Source: Octopus sinensis
Taxonomy: Eukaryota
Reading direction: 5' to 3'
Assembly (NCBI RefSeq): GCF_006345805.1
Contig: NC_043005.1
Span: 49,476,001-49,540,000 of the forward strand
Length of the DNA: 64,000 nucleotides
Shown: piece after piece, positions 37,176-50,685 of the stretch
Position numbering within the stretch: position 1 is the stretch's first letter
Layout of the letters: each line of letters begins with the position of its first letter
Notes under the pieces: model-generated
Databases searched by the model: none
What the model was told of the DNA's origin: nothing
The model's input: only the letters and a program-made list of their open reading frames with translations
Position numbers and translations under genes: made by a program

Positions 37176-37753
37176 TGCGTTTATACATGTATGTATATAT
37201 ACGATGGGCTTCTACACACTTTTCGTCTACCGAATTTACTCATCCCGGGAGTGTAGCAGAAGACACTTGCCCAAGGTACCATGCAGAAGGACTAAACCCG
37301 AAACCACAAGATTTCTAAGTAAACTTCTTAACGACACCACCATACCTGCCAGTATAAAATCCACAGGGCAGTTTGTGTCCGGCAGTCTGTTGATTCAGCT
37401 ATCCGTCTGGGTGGTGGTGGGTAACATATTTCCTACCTATACAACTGCGACCCCATCCAGTTTTGTTTCCTCATAACTTTCTGAAAATGCGAGCAAGTTC
37501 AAAGGAATGCTTAAGGGGGGGGGCATGTGAAGGTGGTGTTCCCCCCCTCCAAAGAAGTGTTAAAAGATTAGGTAGAGAGAACAACTGTCTACAGAACGTA
37601 CACGGTGGCAACAAGGAAAATAGAAGTGGTGTCGGAGGCACAAGACGAAAAGGCGTTAAGGCCAGCCTAGCAGGAGATATCCTACCTTGCCAGGGGACGA
37701 AAGTACGGAACGGTGGAGGTGCAGTTTAGGGAGATAGCTACTGCCAGACTGCA

Positions 37754-38575
37754 TTGAAAACGGACGAAATGGTGCTTCTACCCGTATACCTTGGGAGGCG
37801 GACTTCCAGGGTTAGGGTAGAAGACATACCACCAGACGTAAATGTGGTCTGGCTGGTGGCTGCCATACTGCTGGGCATGGAGGAGAAGGTGGTGGTCTTA
37901 CAGGCCACCAGAACACCCCATAGGAACTGGCAGGGACAAACCCTTGAAATGGTGGTACAAGTTGCGGAGGAAAACATAGAAAATATGGTAGAGAACATCA
38001 CAGTTGGAGAGAGAACGTTGAAAGTTAGAGTGGAGGGAAGGATTCCGCAGTGCTATAAATATGGCCTGAAGGGCCACATTAGAGCGAAATGCCCTTCATC
38101 ACTAGAAAAGGCTAAAGAGAATGAGAAAGTGGTAGGTGCTCCGCAGTCCGCGGAGGAAAAGGAAAGCGATATGGCACTACAGATGAAGACAAGTACCAGT
38201 ATCGAGGAAGAGGAGACAAACGCCAGCTGGGAGATAGCGGGGAAGAGAAGAAAAAGGAGGACACATGTGGTAGAGGATGACTCTCAACCCACACCCACCC
38301 GGCCCCCACCCACCCTACCCCAACTACTCATTTCAGACACCAACCCTCCCCATGTCCTGTCTGACATAAAAAGAAGTACAAACACACAGGAGCCTCAAAC
38401 TTACTCATCCCCGCCCTGTAAAAATAAATACGTAGTAATGTATAATGGACATAATGAAGAACTGTGCGATGAGGTGAACTCGTGGGACGGAGTAATAGAT
38501 GTAACGGGAGTACGGGGTCTGCCCGAGAACATTCTCTACGTGTTGGCGGACCAGGAGTACGTGAGGAGATTACAT
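37754..38575 (+). pseudogene. LINE ORF1 (L1/Tx1-like, gag-type zinc knuckle) remnant
   Basis: VRVEGRIPQCYKYGLKGHIRAKC is a CX2CX4HX4C knuckle with a Cys-to-Tyr change, followed by a W..GKRRKRR basic patch; truncated by the MITE at 38576; related 5' sequence recurs at ~39220-39330. Confidence 0.65.
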
Positions 38576-39003
38576 GGATCTTTTCGGTTTGAACGGCAGT
38601 TTTTTCTAGCGGTGTCATATGAAATTGTCACCCATAATTATGACCCTAGAATCGATCTATTGCATTTCAATCTCTTTTAGGATTAGGGTTAGTTAGGGTT
38701 AGGGGTGGGGGGAGGGTATCTTTTTTTCTTCACAAATGTAAATAAACCGGATCTTTTCGGTTTGAACGGCACCCATAATTATGACCCTAGTATCGATCTA
38801 TTGCATTTCAATGTTTTAGGGTTAGGGTTAGGGGTGGGGGAAGGGTATCTTTTTTCTTCACAAATGTAAATAAACCCCAATTTTTTCAATAAAACCAAGA
38901 AAAAAAGATGTTTTATTAACACATTCTACCAGTATAAGAAGTTTAAAATTTTTTAGTTACCTAGAAATTATGTTAAAAACTGCCGTTCAAACCGAAAATA
39001 TCC
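38576..39003. mobile_element. MITE with GG-terminated ~29-bp TIRs and internal TTAGGG repeats
   Basis: GGATCTTTTCGGTTTGAACGGCAGTTTTT / AAAAACTGCCGTTCAAACCGAAAATATCC; left part duplicated again from ~38749. Confidence 0.85.
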
Positions 39004-39392
39004 GCGGTTTTTCCTCTTGCTTAATGGAGGGGCGTCGAGTGAGGAGTTACGAAAGTTTGAATTGTTCTGTTTCGGACGTTGTAAACTGCCCTTCTTCGGA
39101 CTTTGTGTCGTCTGAGGAAGAAATAGTGGAGTGTATAAAGCAGATAGACGAAGCAATGGAAGCAAGGAATTATGCTGCAACAACAAAAGAAAAAAGCGAA
39201 GATGTGAGGCTTGGGGATGTGAGAGCAAGTTCAAGGGAATGCTTAAAAGGGAGGGGGATGATGTGAAGATGTTCCCTGCTCCAAAGAAGTTTTAAAGGAA
39301 GCAGCAGAAAGAACAATAATGTACCGAACAACAACACGAGCACGTGGTACATGTAATGTATTAGCAGACGCTCAAGAGAGGAAAGAAAGATG

Positions 39393-39428
39393 GTTTAACG
39401 TTTCGAGCAGACGCTCTTCTTCGGAAAC
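39393..39428 (-). ncRNA. Minimal type I hammerhead-like motif of Penelope type (core variant CCGAAGA)
   Basis: GUUU-CCGAAGA-A-GAGC-GUCU-GCUC-GAAA-CG-UU-AAAC; stems I and II perfect, palindromic stem III ACGU. Confidence 0.65.
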
Positions 39429-39559
39429 AGAGGAAAATTCAATAGAAGGGTAGACAGAGGAAGAAAATCGCCAACGATTCACATGTGGTTACATTTTGAA
39501 ATGATCGGAAGGGAATGGGTGAAGAAAAAGTTCTTTTTAAGACAGGAGAGTGTAAGAGA

Positions 39560-40635
39560 AGGCGGTATGTGTGGGTATGTGCGTGCAGGTCTGTGTGTGT
39601 CTAATAGCACGTGTGTGTGCGTATGTGTGTGTTGTGTGTGTGTGGTTTTGGCTGTTTATATGTGTGTGTGAGTGAACTTTGTGTCGCTTACTGTTTAGTA
39701 GTAGGAATGGCTGTCTTTTGTGTTGTGTGTTTCTTCACAAGTGCGTAGGGGAGTGGTCAATATGAAGGTGTTTGACTGGCAGTTTGAAGTATGTACGTGT
39801 GTGCGTGTATGTATATGTTCTGTGTGTGTTTTGTGTGTAGTGTGTGTATGTGTGTGTGCGGTTGTGTCTGTGGAGTATATGTGCGTTACTCTGTGCATGT
39901 GCGTGTATGCAAATGTCCATGTATGTGTAATTGTGTGCGTGTATGTATCTGTTGTGTGTGTGGGAGGTATGTGTGAGTTCATATGCCTGTGCGTGTGTGT
40001 ATGTGTGTACGCGTGAGTGTATGTGCGTGTGTACATGTGTGTGTATGTGTGTGTGAACGAGGGGTTTGTGTTGAGGTATATGTGCGTGTTTCGCGTGCGT
40101 GTGTGTGTATGTGCGTGTAGTTGTGCGTGTTGTGTGTAGGTGTGTGTATGTGTGTACGCGTGAGTGTATGTGCGTGTGTACATGTGTGTGTATGTGTGTG
40201 TGAACGAGGGGTGTGTGTGGAGGTATATGTGCGTGTATTCGCGTGCGTGTGTGTGTATGTGCGTTGTAGTTGTGCGTGTGTGGTGTAGTGTGGTATGTGT
40301 GCGCGTGGGGTTGTGTGTGTAAGGTGTGTGTGCAATCCTGTACGTGTGTGTACGCATGTGTTGGTGTTCGTGTGTGTGCGTGCGTGTACGTATGCGTGTA
40401 TGTATATGTTGTGAGTGTATGTATGTGTGTGCGTGTGTATGTGTGTGTATATGTGCGTTTGTGTATGCGTATGTACGTGGGGTTATGTGTGGGGTTGTCT
40501 GTGGAGTATATGTGCGTTCCTTTGTGTGTGTGTGCGTGCGTGTGTATATGCCCATGTATGTGTAATTGTGTGAGTATCTGTATGACTGTGTATTGTGTGG
40601 GGGGAGGTATGTGTGCGTGTGTTCGTGTGCGTGTC
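39560..40635. repeat. Degenerate (GT)-rich low-complexity array with internal ~148-bp duplication
   Basis: Visible; block GTGTACGCGTGAGTGTATG..GAACGAGGGG repeated at ~40005 and ~40153. Confidence 0.9.
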
Positions 40636-40852
40636 TGTATTTGTTCCCCCACCATCGCTTGACAACCGACGTTGCTGTGTTTACGACCCCCAAACTTAGT
40701 GGTTCGGCAAAAAAAAAAAAAAAGAATAAATATTAGGCTTTCAAACAACAATTCCTGAGGTCAATTTGCTCAAGTAAAGGTGGTGCTCCAGCATGGCCGC
40801 AGTCAAATGACTAAAGCAAGTAAAGGAACGAGGCTTTTCAAGTTGTGTAAAC

Positions 40853-41392
40853 CAGTGCTACACAAAGTGGTGGTTGGCGGACCGGTGCCGGTCCGCAGCC
40901 AGTTTCCTGAAAAGAAAGAAACATTTTAAAATGCTAATGAAATATTATATTATTAGTTTACAAAATAAGTATAAGCTAAAGAAATTGTCAACTTTTATTA
41001 TATTCATTATATATATTGTTTCCGGTATAAATTAATATTACTAAGAAATATTTTGGATGCGCACGGCTTAGTAGTTAGGGTGTCAGCATCATGATCGTAA
41101 GATTGTGGTTTCGATTCCAGGACCGGGCGATGCGTTGTGTTCTTGAGCAAAACACTTTATTTTACGTTGCTCCTGTCCACTCAGCTGGCAAAAATGAGCA
41201 ACGCTGCGATGGACTGGCGTCCCGTCCAGCTGGGGAAAACATACGCCATTGAAACCGGGAAACCGGGCCCATGAGCCTGGCTAGGCTTTAAAAGGGCGCA
41301 TTTATTTATTTTTTACTAAGAAATATTACCGGTCCCTGGCACAATGGAAAAAAAAATCCGGTACGCCACATCAGATAGTTTGAGAATCACTG
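40853..41392. mobile_element. hAT (Charlie-like) MITE containing a nested SINE
   Basis: TIR-like CAGTGCTACACAAA / TTTGAGAATCACTG with GC-rich CCGGTCCG subterminal motifs. Confidence 0.7.
41053..41312 (+). mobile_element. Family-C SINE with 15-bp target-site duplication
   Basis: TTACTAAGAAATATT at 41038-41052 and 41313-41327; tRNA-like head; (TTTA)n tail. Confidence 0.9.
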
Positions 41393-43286
41393 CTGTAGAT
41401 TATCATTATATCGGAATTTAAAGCGAAAAAGGAAACAAGAAGAAAGATTGATGGGTGCCCACAAATTCATACTTATGCGCATATAATTTGATCAAGATTT
41501 CAAGTTTCATTTTGTAGATATGTATGTGATGGTTCTCAATATGTATGTGTGCGCACCTGCCGATATTTTACTTGTTTCAGTCATTAGACTGCAGCCATGC
41601 TGGGGCACCGCTTTGAAGAATTTTTAGTCGAACAAATCGACTTCAGTACTTATTTTTTAAAAGCTTGGAACTTATTCTATCGGTGTCTTTTGCCGAACCG
41701 CTAATTTACGGGGACGTAAATACACTAACACTGATTATCAAGCGCACGCACGCACATACACACACAAACCACTGTCACTATCATTACCACCACCACCACC
41801 ACCATCAAAATCGTCTTCATCATCGTCAACATGCCACCCCCTGCGCCTCCACTGCCACCGCCACCACCTCTATCATCACCACCACCACTACCACCCGTCA
41901 TGGTCACCAATGCCATCAAGACTCTTTTTACGGTCTTTATTTGCGTTCATGAATGGGTGTTTCTAGTCTGATCAGGTTTGTTGAAAATGTATCGAATATG
42001 TATGTTGATTTAGTTGCTGATGTCATAATTTAGTCAGTCTCGCCAGTCCCTATTGAGTAGCCATGTGATTAAATATATACTAGACCTGATCATTTCGTCC
42101 TTTTGTATTCTTGGGCAGAGGCGTAGTCAGTTTAGGAAGAGAGAGCACATAAAAAAAAGCGCTGTGAGACACGTCAAACAATTTTTAAATTATTTCTCTT
42201 ATATTACGCGAAATATTTCATTAGTTATAAAAAACATTATTGTATTCTACATTCATTAATTTCCGTCTCATTAACATTGTTATTATGTATGAAAATTACA
42301 ACTAATGATATAGCTAATTAAAGAGTTTTAAAACATTGTTGAAATGCTGCCAACTTTGAAATGTGCTGGTAGGGAGCAGCTACCCCACTTTGTTTCCCTA
42401 TTAGCTAAGTCACTGTACTTGGCACCCTAATGTTCCATGTGTCACTGGTTTTCGATGACGGTAGAGTGTTGAGTGAAGCGATATGTGGTTATGATTTCAA
42501 TTTCGGGCAGGTATAAGGGCATTTTCGTTGGTCCATATCAGAATAAGTAAAGTATAGTGGGCGAGCTGGCAGAAACGTTGGCACGCCGGGCGAAATGCGT
42601 AGCCGTAATTCGTCTGGCGAGGTCGACTTTGCCGAGGTCGAAAGGATGGATCCTTTCGGGGTCGATAAATTAAGTACCAGTTATGCACTGGGATCGATGT
42701 AATCGACTTAATCCCTTTGTCTGTCCTTGTTTGTCCTCTTTGTGTTTAGCCCCTTGTGGGTAGGATAGAAAAAAAGTATAGTTCTTAAGCGAGTTCATGG
42801 TCGAGCGATATACACTACAGTTCAGAGAAATAGGATCGCCTGAAGGTTCCGAGTGCAATGTCCACTAAAGGTGGAATTTAAAAAGGGGGGAAAACCCAGC
42901 AGAAAACCGAGGGATCATGACCTAGGTGAGCCCAGTTCCCTTGGAGTGTCAGGAACTAACACTTACTTGAAACACTTGCTTGACTGAAGTTCTCCCTATG
43001 AAAATGGCAGAAGTGTACCATGGAGGCAAAGCCACAGTTTGGTCTTTGTCGGACCATCAGGAGCACGTGCTACTCGATCCTAAGCAGATGTATGTATACA
43101 CACACACACACACACACACACACGACGGATTTGTTTCCGTTTCCGTCTACCAAAAATCCTCTCACGGGGCTTTAGTTGGTCCGAGGCTATAATAGAAGAT
43201 ACTCGCCAAAGGTGCCACGCAATGGGGCTGAACCAAGCGGTTGGGAAGCAAACTTCTTACCACATAGCTACGCCTGCGCATATGTT

Positions 43287-43328
<42 letters not shown>

Positions 43329-43960
43329 CAGTGGCTGTTCGGACTAAATTTGACTGTTTGCTTAAACGGAAAAGAAAATACAATATCCCATCCAAAAATA
43401 AAGGTAATTGAAAAAATCAAAAAATACCAATTAGATTATGGTTGGCAGATTATTGAAAGTAAACTGTTATCTCAGCTTCCGCAACGGTCTCAAGACGGCA
43501 GCGAAACATGGCCCATGAGTTCCTCACTGTGTCCCTGAGATCTTCGAAGATCTTGATTTTGGCCACTAGCTCAGTCTTGGTATGGAAAGCAGAGGAGTTG
43601 GTGTCTTTTTTCAACCGCGCCCACACATAGTAATCCACTGGATTACAATCCAGGGAATTAGGAAGCCAGAAATTGAGGCTGGTAAAGTAGAAATTCTCCG
43701 AAAACCACTCCTGGCTCTTGCCGGAGGTGTGACAGGGAATCGAATCCTGCTGCCACACATATGACCTTCCAGTAGCCACTAACCCTAACCCTAATCCCCC
43801 AACCCACCAGTAAGGATTCGACCATATTCTCCAACAGCTTCACATAGCCGTCTGAATTGAACTTAAGGCCCTAATCCTGTAGTTGTTAGATGAATTCCGG
43901 CGTTCAGACACAGACGGAAGACTTACTGTGTTCCTTCATCTGGTCACGGCTTCGTATATC
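43329..43960 (-). mobile_element. Second maT/DD37D-type transposon 3' fragment
   Basis: YVWQQDSIPCHTSGKSQEWFSENF..FWLPNSLDCNPVDYYVW; a short related piece lies at ~48537-48585. Confidence 0.8.
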
Positions 43961-46008
43961 CATTGCAACTGTCCATGTCACGTCCTAAGGTTTTTACAGT
44001 AGTGGTTCTTAATCTTCTTAATATCCGGGCAAGATCCAAAACCTAGATTTTTTTAGGGGCCCGCGCCAAAAAGAAAAACCAAAACAAAAGTAAAACACGA
44101 GTCAACTAAAGAAAGAATTATTATATTCATAAAGGGAAGACTGTCGGGGTCCGCCGGAAGGATGCATGAGGGCCGCATGCGACCCTGAGTACCTTAGTTT
44201 AGAACTGCAGCTTACAGTGTTTACAGAGCATTGAGCTGTAACAATGATGTTGACATTTTAGATTCCTGGCGCAAATCATCATGATACAGGTAACTCTTTT
44301 CCAATATTTAGATGGCTTGCAATCTTCTCAGCTAACCTTTTCTCAACTATAACTTGGCAGAATCGTTAGCACGCCGGACGAAATGCTTACCGGTATTTCG
44401 TCTGCCGTTACGTTCTGAGTTCAAATTCCGCCGACGTCAACTTTGCCATTCATCCTTTCGAGGTCGATTAAATAAGTACCAGTTACGCACTGGGGTCGAT
44501 GTAATCGACTTAATCCGTTTGTCTGTCCTTGTTTGTGCCCTCTGTGTTTAGCCCCTTGTGGGTAGTAAAGAAATAGGTATTTCGACAGCCGCTACATTCT
44601 GAGTTCAAATTCCGCCGTGGTCGACTTTGCCTTTCATTCTTTTCGGGGTCGATTAAATAAGTACCAGTTACGCACTGGAGTCGATGTAATCGACTTAATC
44701 CCTTTGTTTGTCTCATCTATGTTTAGCGCCCTGTGGGCAATAAAGAAATAAAATCTTTATTCTCTCCAGCACCGTTGACCGTTCACCAATATACCTGGCT
44801 GTTTCTGAAAGAGAAGACATAAACAATCATCAAATTTAGCTTGAATACCTAATATGTATACACACAGACATGTGCGCGCGTGGGCATTATAATCCTTATC
44901 CCATCGGTCTCATTTGAAATCGATAGAATAAGGCTTAAACCTTTCAAGACGGTGCCCCAGCATGGCTGAAACAAGTACAAAGATAACGTATATCTGAGTG
45001 TGTGAAATCCATGAAAATGTGAAAATACACTTCAGAGATATAAATAAAAGATAACTACCTTCTTTTGAACGACGGCATTTTCTCAAAATTAAGGGCGAGA
45101 AGCTTATCGACTGTCAAAATATTTCAACTGAAAATCACTGACAGGGTCACGGAATGAGAAGAAGGAATAGTGGTGAAGCGAGAGAGAGAGAGAGAGAGTG
45201 AGACAGAGACAGGCAGACAGAGACAGAGAGGCGAGATAATGAATAGTAATTTATTAATTTGCAGAACAAAATAATGCTGAATTATACGACCTTTTTCTCT
45301 TTTTGTCTCAATGAAACTTTACAAAAAGTTTATGAAATATGTGCGTGGGAGACACAACAATATTTATGAGTCTATTTATACAGTGAGAGATTTCTTAGAA
45401 TAGGCCCATCATCCATTCCTATATATCAAACCAACATTTGAAACACACGTACACATTATATATATATATATATATATATAATACCATTATTATCTTTTAT
45501 TATTATGTCTGGTTCAGTGTAGTAATCAGTGTCGGGGCAGTCTCTGACAACAGCTTGTGTCATGTGAGAAATACTTCTAACACAAGTTAGTTTCTCGCTT
45601 GGAACAATATAGGGCTACTGTTTGTTTGAATTACTTTCCTTTTTCAGTTACAGTCGATATACTCAAACCTTATTCAACTATGTCAACGGTAGGTGTTTTT
45701 TTATATTATATATATATTTTTTCTTCTGTTTATCTTATTTACAGCTGTGTCTTTGTTACTATGAGATTGATTACCCCGCCTTTTTTTTTTCTCCCTTTTT
45801 TTTTTTTTTCTGCATAACTGTATTTTCTATTACCGAATAAATCACGACAAATTTCCATATCGATCTACTTTTCTACTTTCGGGTGATTCCAAATAAAATA
45901 TTCCAGAATTCAAACAAGATGCATTGAAATGCATTGCTAAGATTCAAACTTCACTTATTTAAGTGTGCTTTTGTTATTTTTTTCCAAGTCAATAGCTAGA
46001 ATTTGAAG

Positions 46009-46072
<64 letters not shown>

Positions 46073-46233
46073 CATACATACATACATATATATGTATAAT
46101 GTATGTGTCTATGTCGAGTTATAATAAAAACAATTTTACATTAGACCACATTTATCAAATTCATATTATGTTTTTACTAGAATAGAGTTGACAGGGACTT
46201 CGAAGTTTTGGCCCGCTTAGCCTTCATCGAACT

Positions 46234-46288
<55 letters not shown>

Positions 46289-47318
46289 TGCAAGGATACA
46301 TTATCCAAGGAACCTGGGATTTTTTTGGATCTCAGTAAATATTTGCATAATATACTGATGGTTAGCATTCATTTAAGCGGAGCCCATCCATCCCCCACCA
46401 CAAAAATATGTATTCCTATTTCTTTACTACCCACAAGGGGCTAAAAACAGAGAGGACAAACAAGGACAGACAAACGAATTAAGTCGATTATATCGACCCC
46501 AGTGTGTAACTGGTACTTATTTAATCGACCCCGAAAGGATGAAAGGCAAAGTCGACCTCGGCGGAATTTGAACTCAGAACGTAGCGGCAGAGGAAATACC
46601 GCTAAGCATTTCGCAAAGTGATGTTTATATACATTCTTCTTATTAAATACATACATATATATGTATGTGTTTGAAGGCTCAAAATTGCATTGATAACTGA
46701 TAACTGATGAGTATTTGACGACCTTCTGTGTCTCCGTTTGTTCGTGCCTTTATTATATGTTGTTTTTTTTAACTCACACACTCACACACACAAATACACA
46801 TTCACGCAAATGAAGCTCCCATTTCATTATGCCGGCTACCGTCTAATGATACTGAGTAGTGAGTCAGTTTTTCGGGGTTGGTTCATGGTTACACTGGTGT
46901 AATGTAGGATAAATTTAATAATAACAATAATTCTAGGATGCGGACTATACAGTACTCATCCCAAGGATACGGACTCTGATGTTAAAATCATGTGATTTGT
47001 GGAAACGCGCGTAGCGATGTATTAGATGTTTATATGTATATATATGTTTATAAATTAGAAAAAAAAACACCTTTTATCAATTCAATAATGAAAAATTAAA
47101 TTATACCATTTAGAAAATTACATATTATAGAAAGATTAAATATAAGATAAAACATCTTATATCATATCTATATTATATTTTGTGAAATTTGATTTAGTAT
47201 TTCTAAATTGAATTTTTACCTGTAAGTTTGGAATAATATTCCCTCATATATATATATATATATATATATATACGTATATATATGTACGTATATATATGTA
47301 TGTATATATATATGTATG

Positions 47319-47356
<38 letters not shown>

Positions 47357-47522
47357 AATTGAGATAGGGCTTGTAAATGGAACCCTCCATGGGATAACAT
47401 ATATCCAGTATACTGCCAGTGAAGTACCCAACAAAGTTAATACATAAATGTTAAGAATTGCGATGCAATTATTTCATTTACTGTATTATATGGGCAAAGG
47501 TAAAGTGATTTACCACAAATTC

Positions 47523-47722
47523 ATAATACAAAATAAGAAAATGGAGAAATACATCGAAATCAAATATCAATTACCAGATAATACTCAATCACATACTTTA
47601 TTAAACCACCACATAAGAAACTATAAGGTTATGTGGTGGTTTAATAAAGTATGTGATTGAGTATTATCTGGTAATTGATATTTGATTTCGATGTATTTCT
47701 CCATTTTCTTATTTTGTATTAT
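47523..47722. repeat. Perfect 94-bp inverted repeat with 12-nt spacer
   Basis: 47523-47616 is the exact reverse complement of 47629-47722 by visual check. Confidence 0.95.
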
Positions 47723-50005
47723 ATATATATATATATGCATGTATATATACATATATATGAATGTATATATACACACACACGTACATGGATGCAAAAGATG
47801 GTGGGAAAAGTACTCGAATGCTAAAGGTAAAGTGTGTGTGTGTGTGCGTGTGCGCGCGCGCGTTAAGGTTTGTCATCAAAAAAGAAAGAGAAAGATCTCA
47901 TTTCCAAGTGGAATATAATATTTCATAAAAATAACCAAATGAGATTTTTCTCACAAACCTAGTTTCCCTACAATTGAAATAGTGGAACTCGAGTTACTAA
48001 AACAGAAACTGTTTATATTATGCTTTATTATCTATCTGTCTGTCTGTCTGTCTATCTATATGCTCATATACATTTACAAGCACACATATTTATAAACACA
48101 CACATTTATATGAACACACACACACACACATTTTATAAGCACACAAACATGTTTATACACACACCTATTCATCTATCCACCAGTCATCTACTGAAAAGGA
48201 AAGATACACTTTCGTTTTTAATGCTTTATTTTTACCTTCATTTTACAATAGACAAAATAGACTATAGTGTATGTTGACAAAATAGACTATAATGTATGTT
48301 GACATTTTTGTAATTTTATAGGCGTGTCTCATCAGGTTATCAGGATGAGTAATTGCAAGCGGAACAACTCTTTACTGATTTATTTCAGTTATATAATATG
48401 TGAGATTAAGGAAATGTCTCCATTAGAAAATAAATAAATAAAAAAAATGAAGAAAAATTAGAAATTTATCTAGAATACATGAAGTAGAACGTTTTGAAAA
48501 ATTCTCTTATATACACATGCATATTGCATACATGTAACAGGGAATCGACTCCTGCTGCCACACATATGGCCTTCCAGTAGCCCTCACCACCACTACCATC
48601 ACACGCGCAATGAGTTTAGTAGGAGTTTGAGTTTCCTCAAACGTCATTTTTTTTCCAAATCTTGATGCATTTCACATAAAAAGTTTAGTCCTTGAAAATC
48701 ATCTTGGGATATAACTCGACTTACCCCACCCTTCTTTTTCTTCTTTTCTGTTTTTTTTTTTTTTTTTTTTCAAATTTTGGTTTAAAAAATTTAACTTCTA
48801 TACCAGAAAATAAGGAATATTGGTAACAAGTTAAGTTTTAATGTATACAGTTAATGTGTTTATACTGAGAAAAGTATGAAACAGAGTGCAACATGAATGC
48901 AACACTCTAACCATTAAGCCAACAAGAACATTTTCACGCAATCATAATAAAGTTGGCAAAAAAAAAAAATGAAAATTGCAATTTTTGCATCTTTCGTCCT
49001 TTGCAAAAAACACACAGGAAATAGATGTTCATTTGTTGATATCTATTGCTAATATCCAATTTTAGATTCTCAACAAGAAGACCATATCCACAAAGTTCCA
49101 GTGGTCATCATCCAGATGGGTGACTTGCCCAGACTAATGATCTCTTCCTAGTCAGACGTCCCAGTTGAGCAATGCAGTATGAATGTCTGGCTTGGGTTTT
49201 AGTTGCATTAATCTTTCACTAACTGAAATATCACATCTGTGCATGCCATGACTACAGATGATAGCTGTAGTCCACTGACTGAACTAGTTGATCCTAGCTA
49301 TTGACAGTTTCTTGTTGTTAGATCATCTACTTAGCATCTGGTTATATTTGCCATTGACTCAATAAGTTCATTTGCTGAAATACTTTACATCCACCATGCT
49401 GGGTCACATGAATTTAACGAACCCTGTCTCGAGTCCTGTCAAGGAAAGTGAAATGGGGTGGGATTATTATACTATTTATAGCTGGAACTCTGACAGATGA
49501 TACTACTCCAGGTCAGAGCAGATCTCGGAACAATAGTGACAAAGCAGTGGTTCCACACTCCTCAAAACTTCCAATCCATAGCCCCATTACAGATGATGTA
49601 GTTTCAAGTCCATTCACAGGACTAAACAGTGGTAACTAGCTCAAAATGTTGGTTTCAAACAGAACCAAGAACATGAGTGAATTTTTTCCTTTCTATTTAT
49701 TTTTAACATTGCAGAGACACTGATTTTTTTTTTCTGCTGTTACTGTATTCATTGTTGTTATTCTTTCACCCCAGTTTAGCTCTGATTGAGAAGTACTACG
49801 AATTAAAGCATTCCAACCATGATACTCCCCACTTTAAGACATAAGAAAAGGTATGACTGTGTTAGAAGTTTGCTTCCCAATCACATGGTTCTAGGTACAG
49901 TCCCACTGTGTGACACCTTGTTTCTGCTATAGCCTTTGGGCCAACCAAAGCCTTGTGAGTGGATTTGGTACATGGAAACTGAAAGAAATCCATCATATAT
50001 AGACA

Positions 50006-50685
50006 TCTATCTGTATACTATTAAAAGTGAAGTTCAATCTTGCTTGCTTGCTTGCAACATTACACAGCCAAACTGGTACATAATGGGAAAATACTTTGAA
50101 AGTAGAGTGCCCCTGAAATGTGAATACAAACAGAATAGAACAGAAAAAGTTTTGCATAAATCAGACCAGTAGTTTTTGGGGTATAAATACCCAAAACAGT
50201 GCATAATGGGAAAATACTCAGAAAATAACTTCACCCTGAAAGGGAAGAAACTCTAACCTTTCCCTTAGACTCATTATGATGGGCAAAATATTTTAAAGCA
50301 AAAATGACTTTAAAAATATGGTAAATATTTCGTAAAAAACCCATTCATAACCTCGATGTGAAATAGTTTTTTTTCCATAGGTTTCTTTCGAGTACATTCA
50401 CCATATCTCACCTCCAAAGATTTGGCTGCCATTTCTAACATACCCTTCCACCATATAACAGCTATTTGTGATAAAGGATCCGACATACCTGTTACATGGT
50501 GAGCAAGAAATAGCAGCCAAATCGTAACTTTCCAGGGAAAAGGAGTTGTTTACGGGGGATTTTGATGTGGTATTCATTGAAAGCGTGCGAAATTACATGG
50601 AAAATAAAATAAAACCCGCATAACAAAACTCCGTTGCTAGGAAACTCAGACTTCTCCAGTGAAACAACTGGCCACAAGTAGTCTA
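50006..50685 (+). mobile_element. Helitron-like element inserted into a family-A SINE
   Basis: 5' TCTGTATACTATTAAAAG, 3' CTAG|T at ~50685; SINE halves at ~49850-49995 and ~50730-50965. Confidence 0.55.

Noticed and set aside
38576-38680. C-terminal part of the 308-aa ORF at 37754
   Set aside because: Read-through into the inserted MITE, not part of the original ORF1.
39695-40751. 330-aa His/Thr-rich ORFs
   Set aside because: Low-complexity (CA/GT) array, not a protein.
48321-48350. Possible micro-exon after ttttatAG
   Set aside because: Weak donor and no supporting frame or partner exon.
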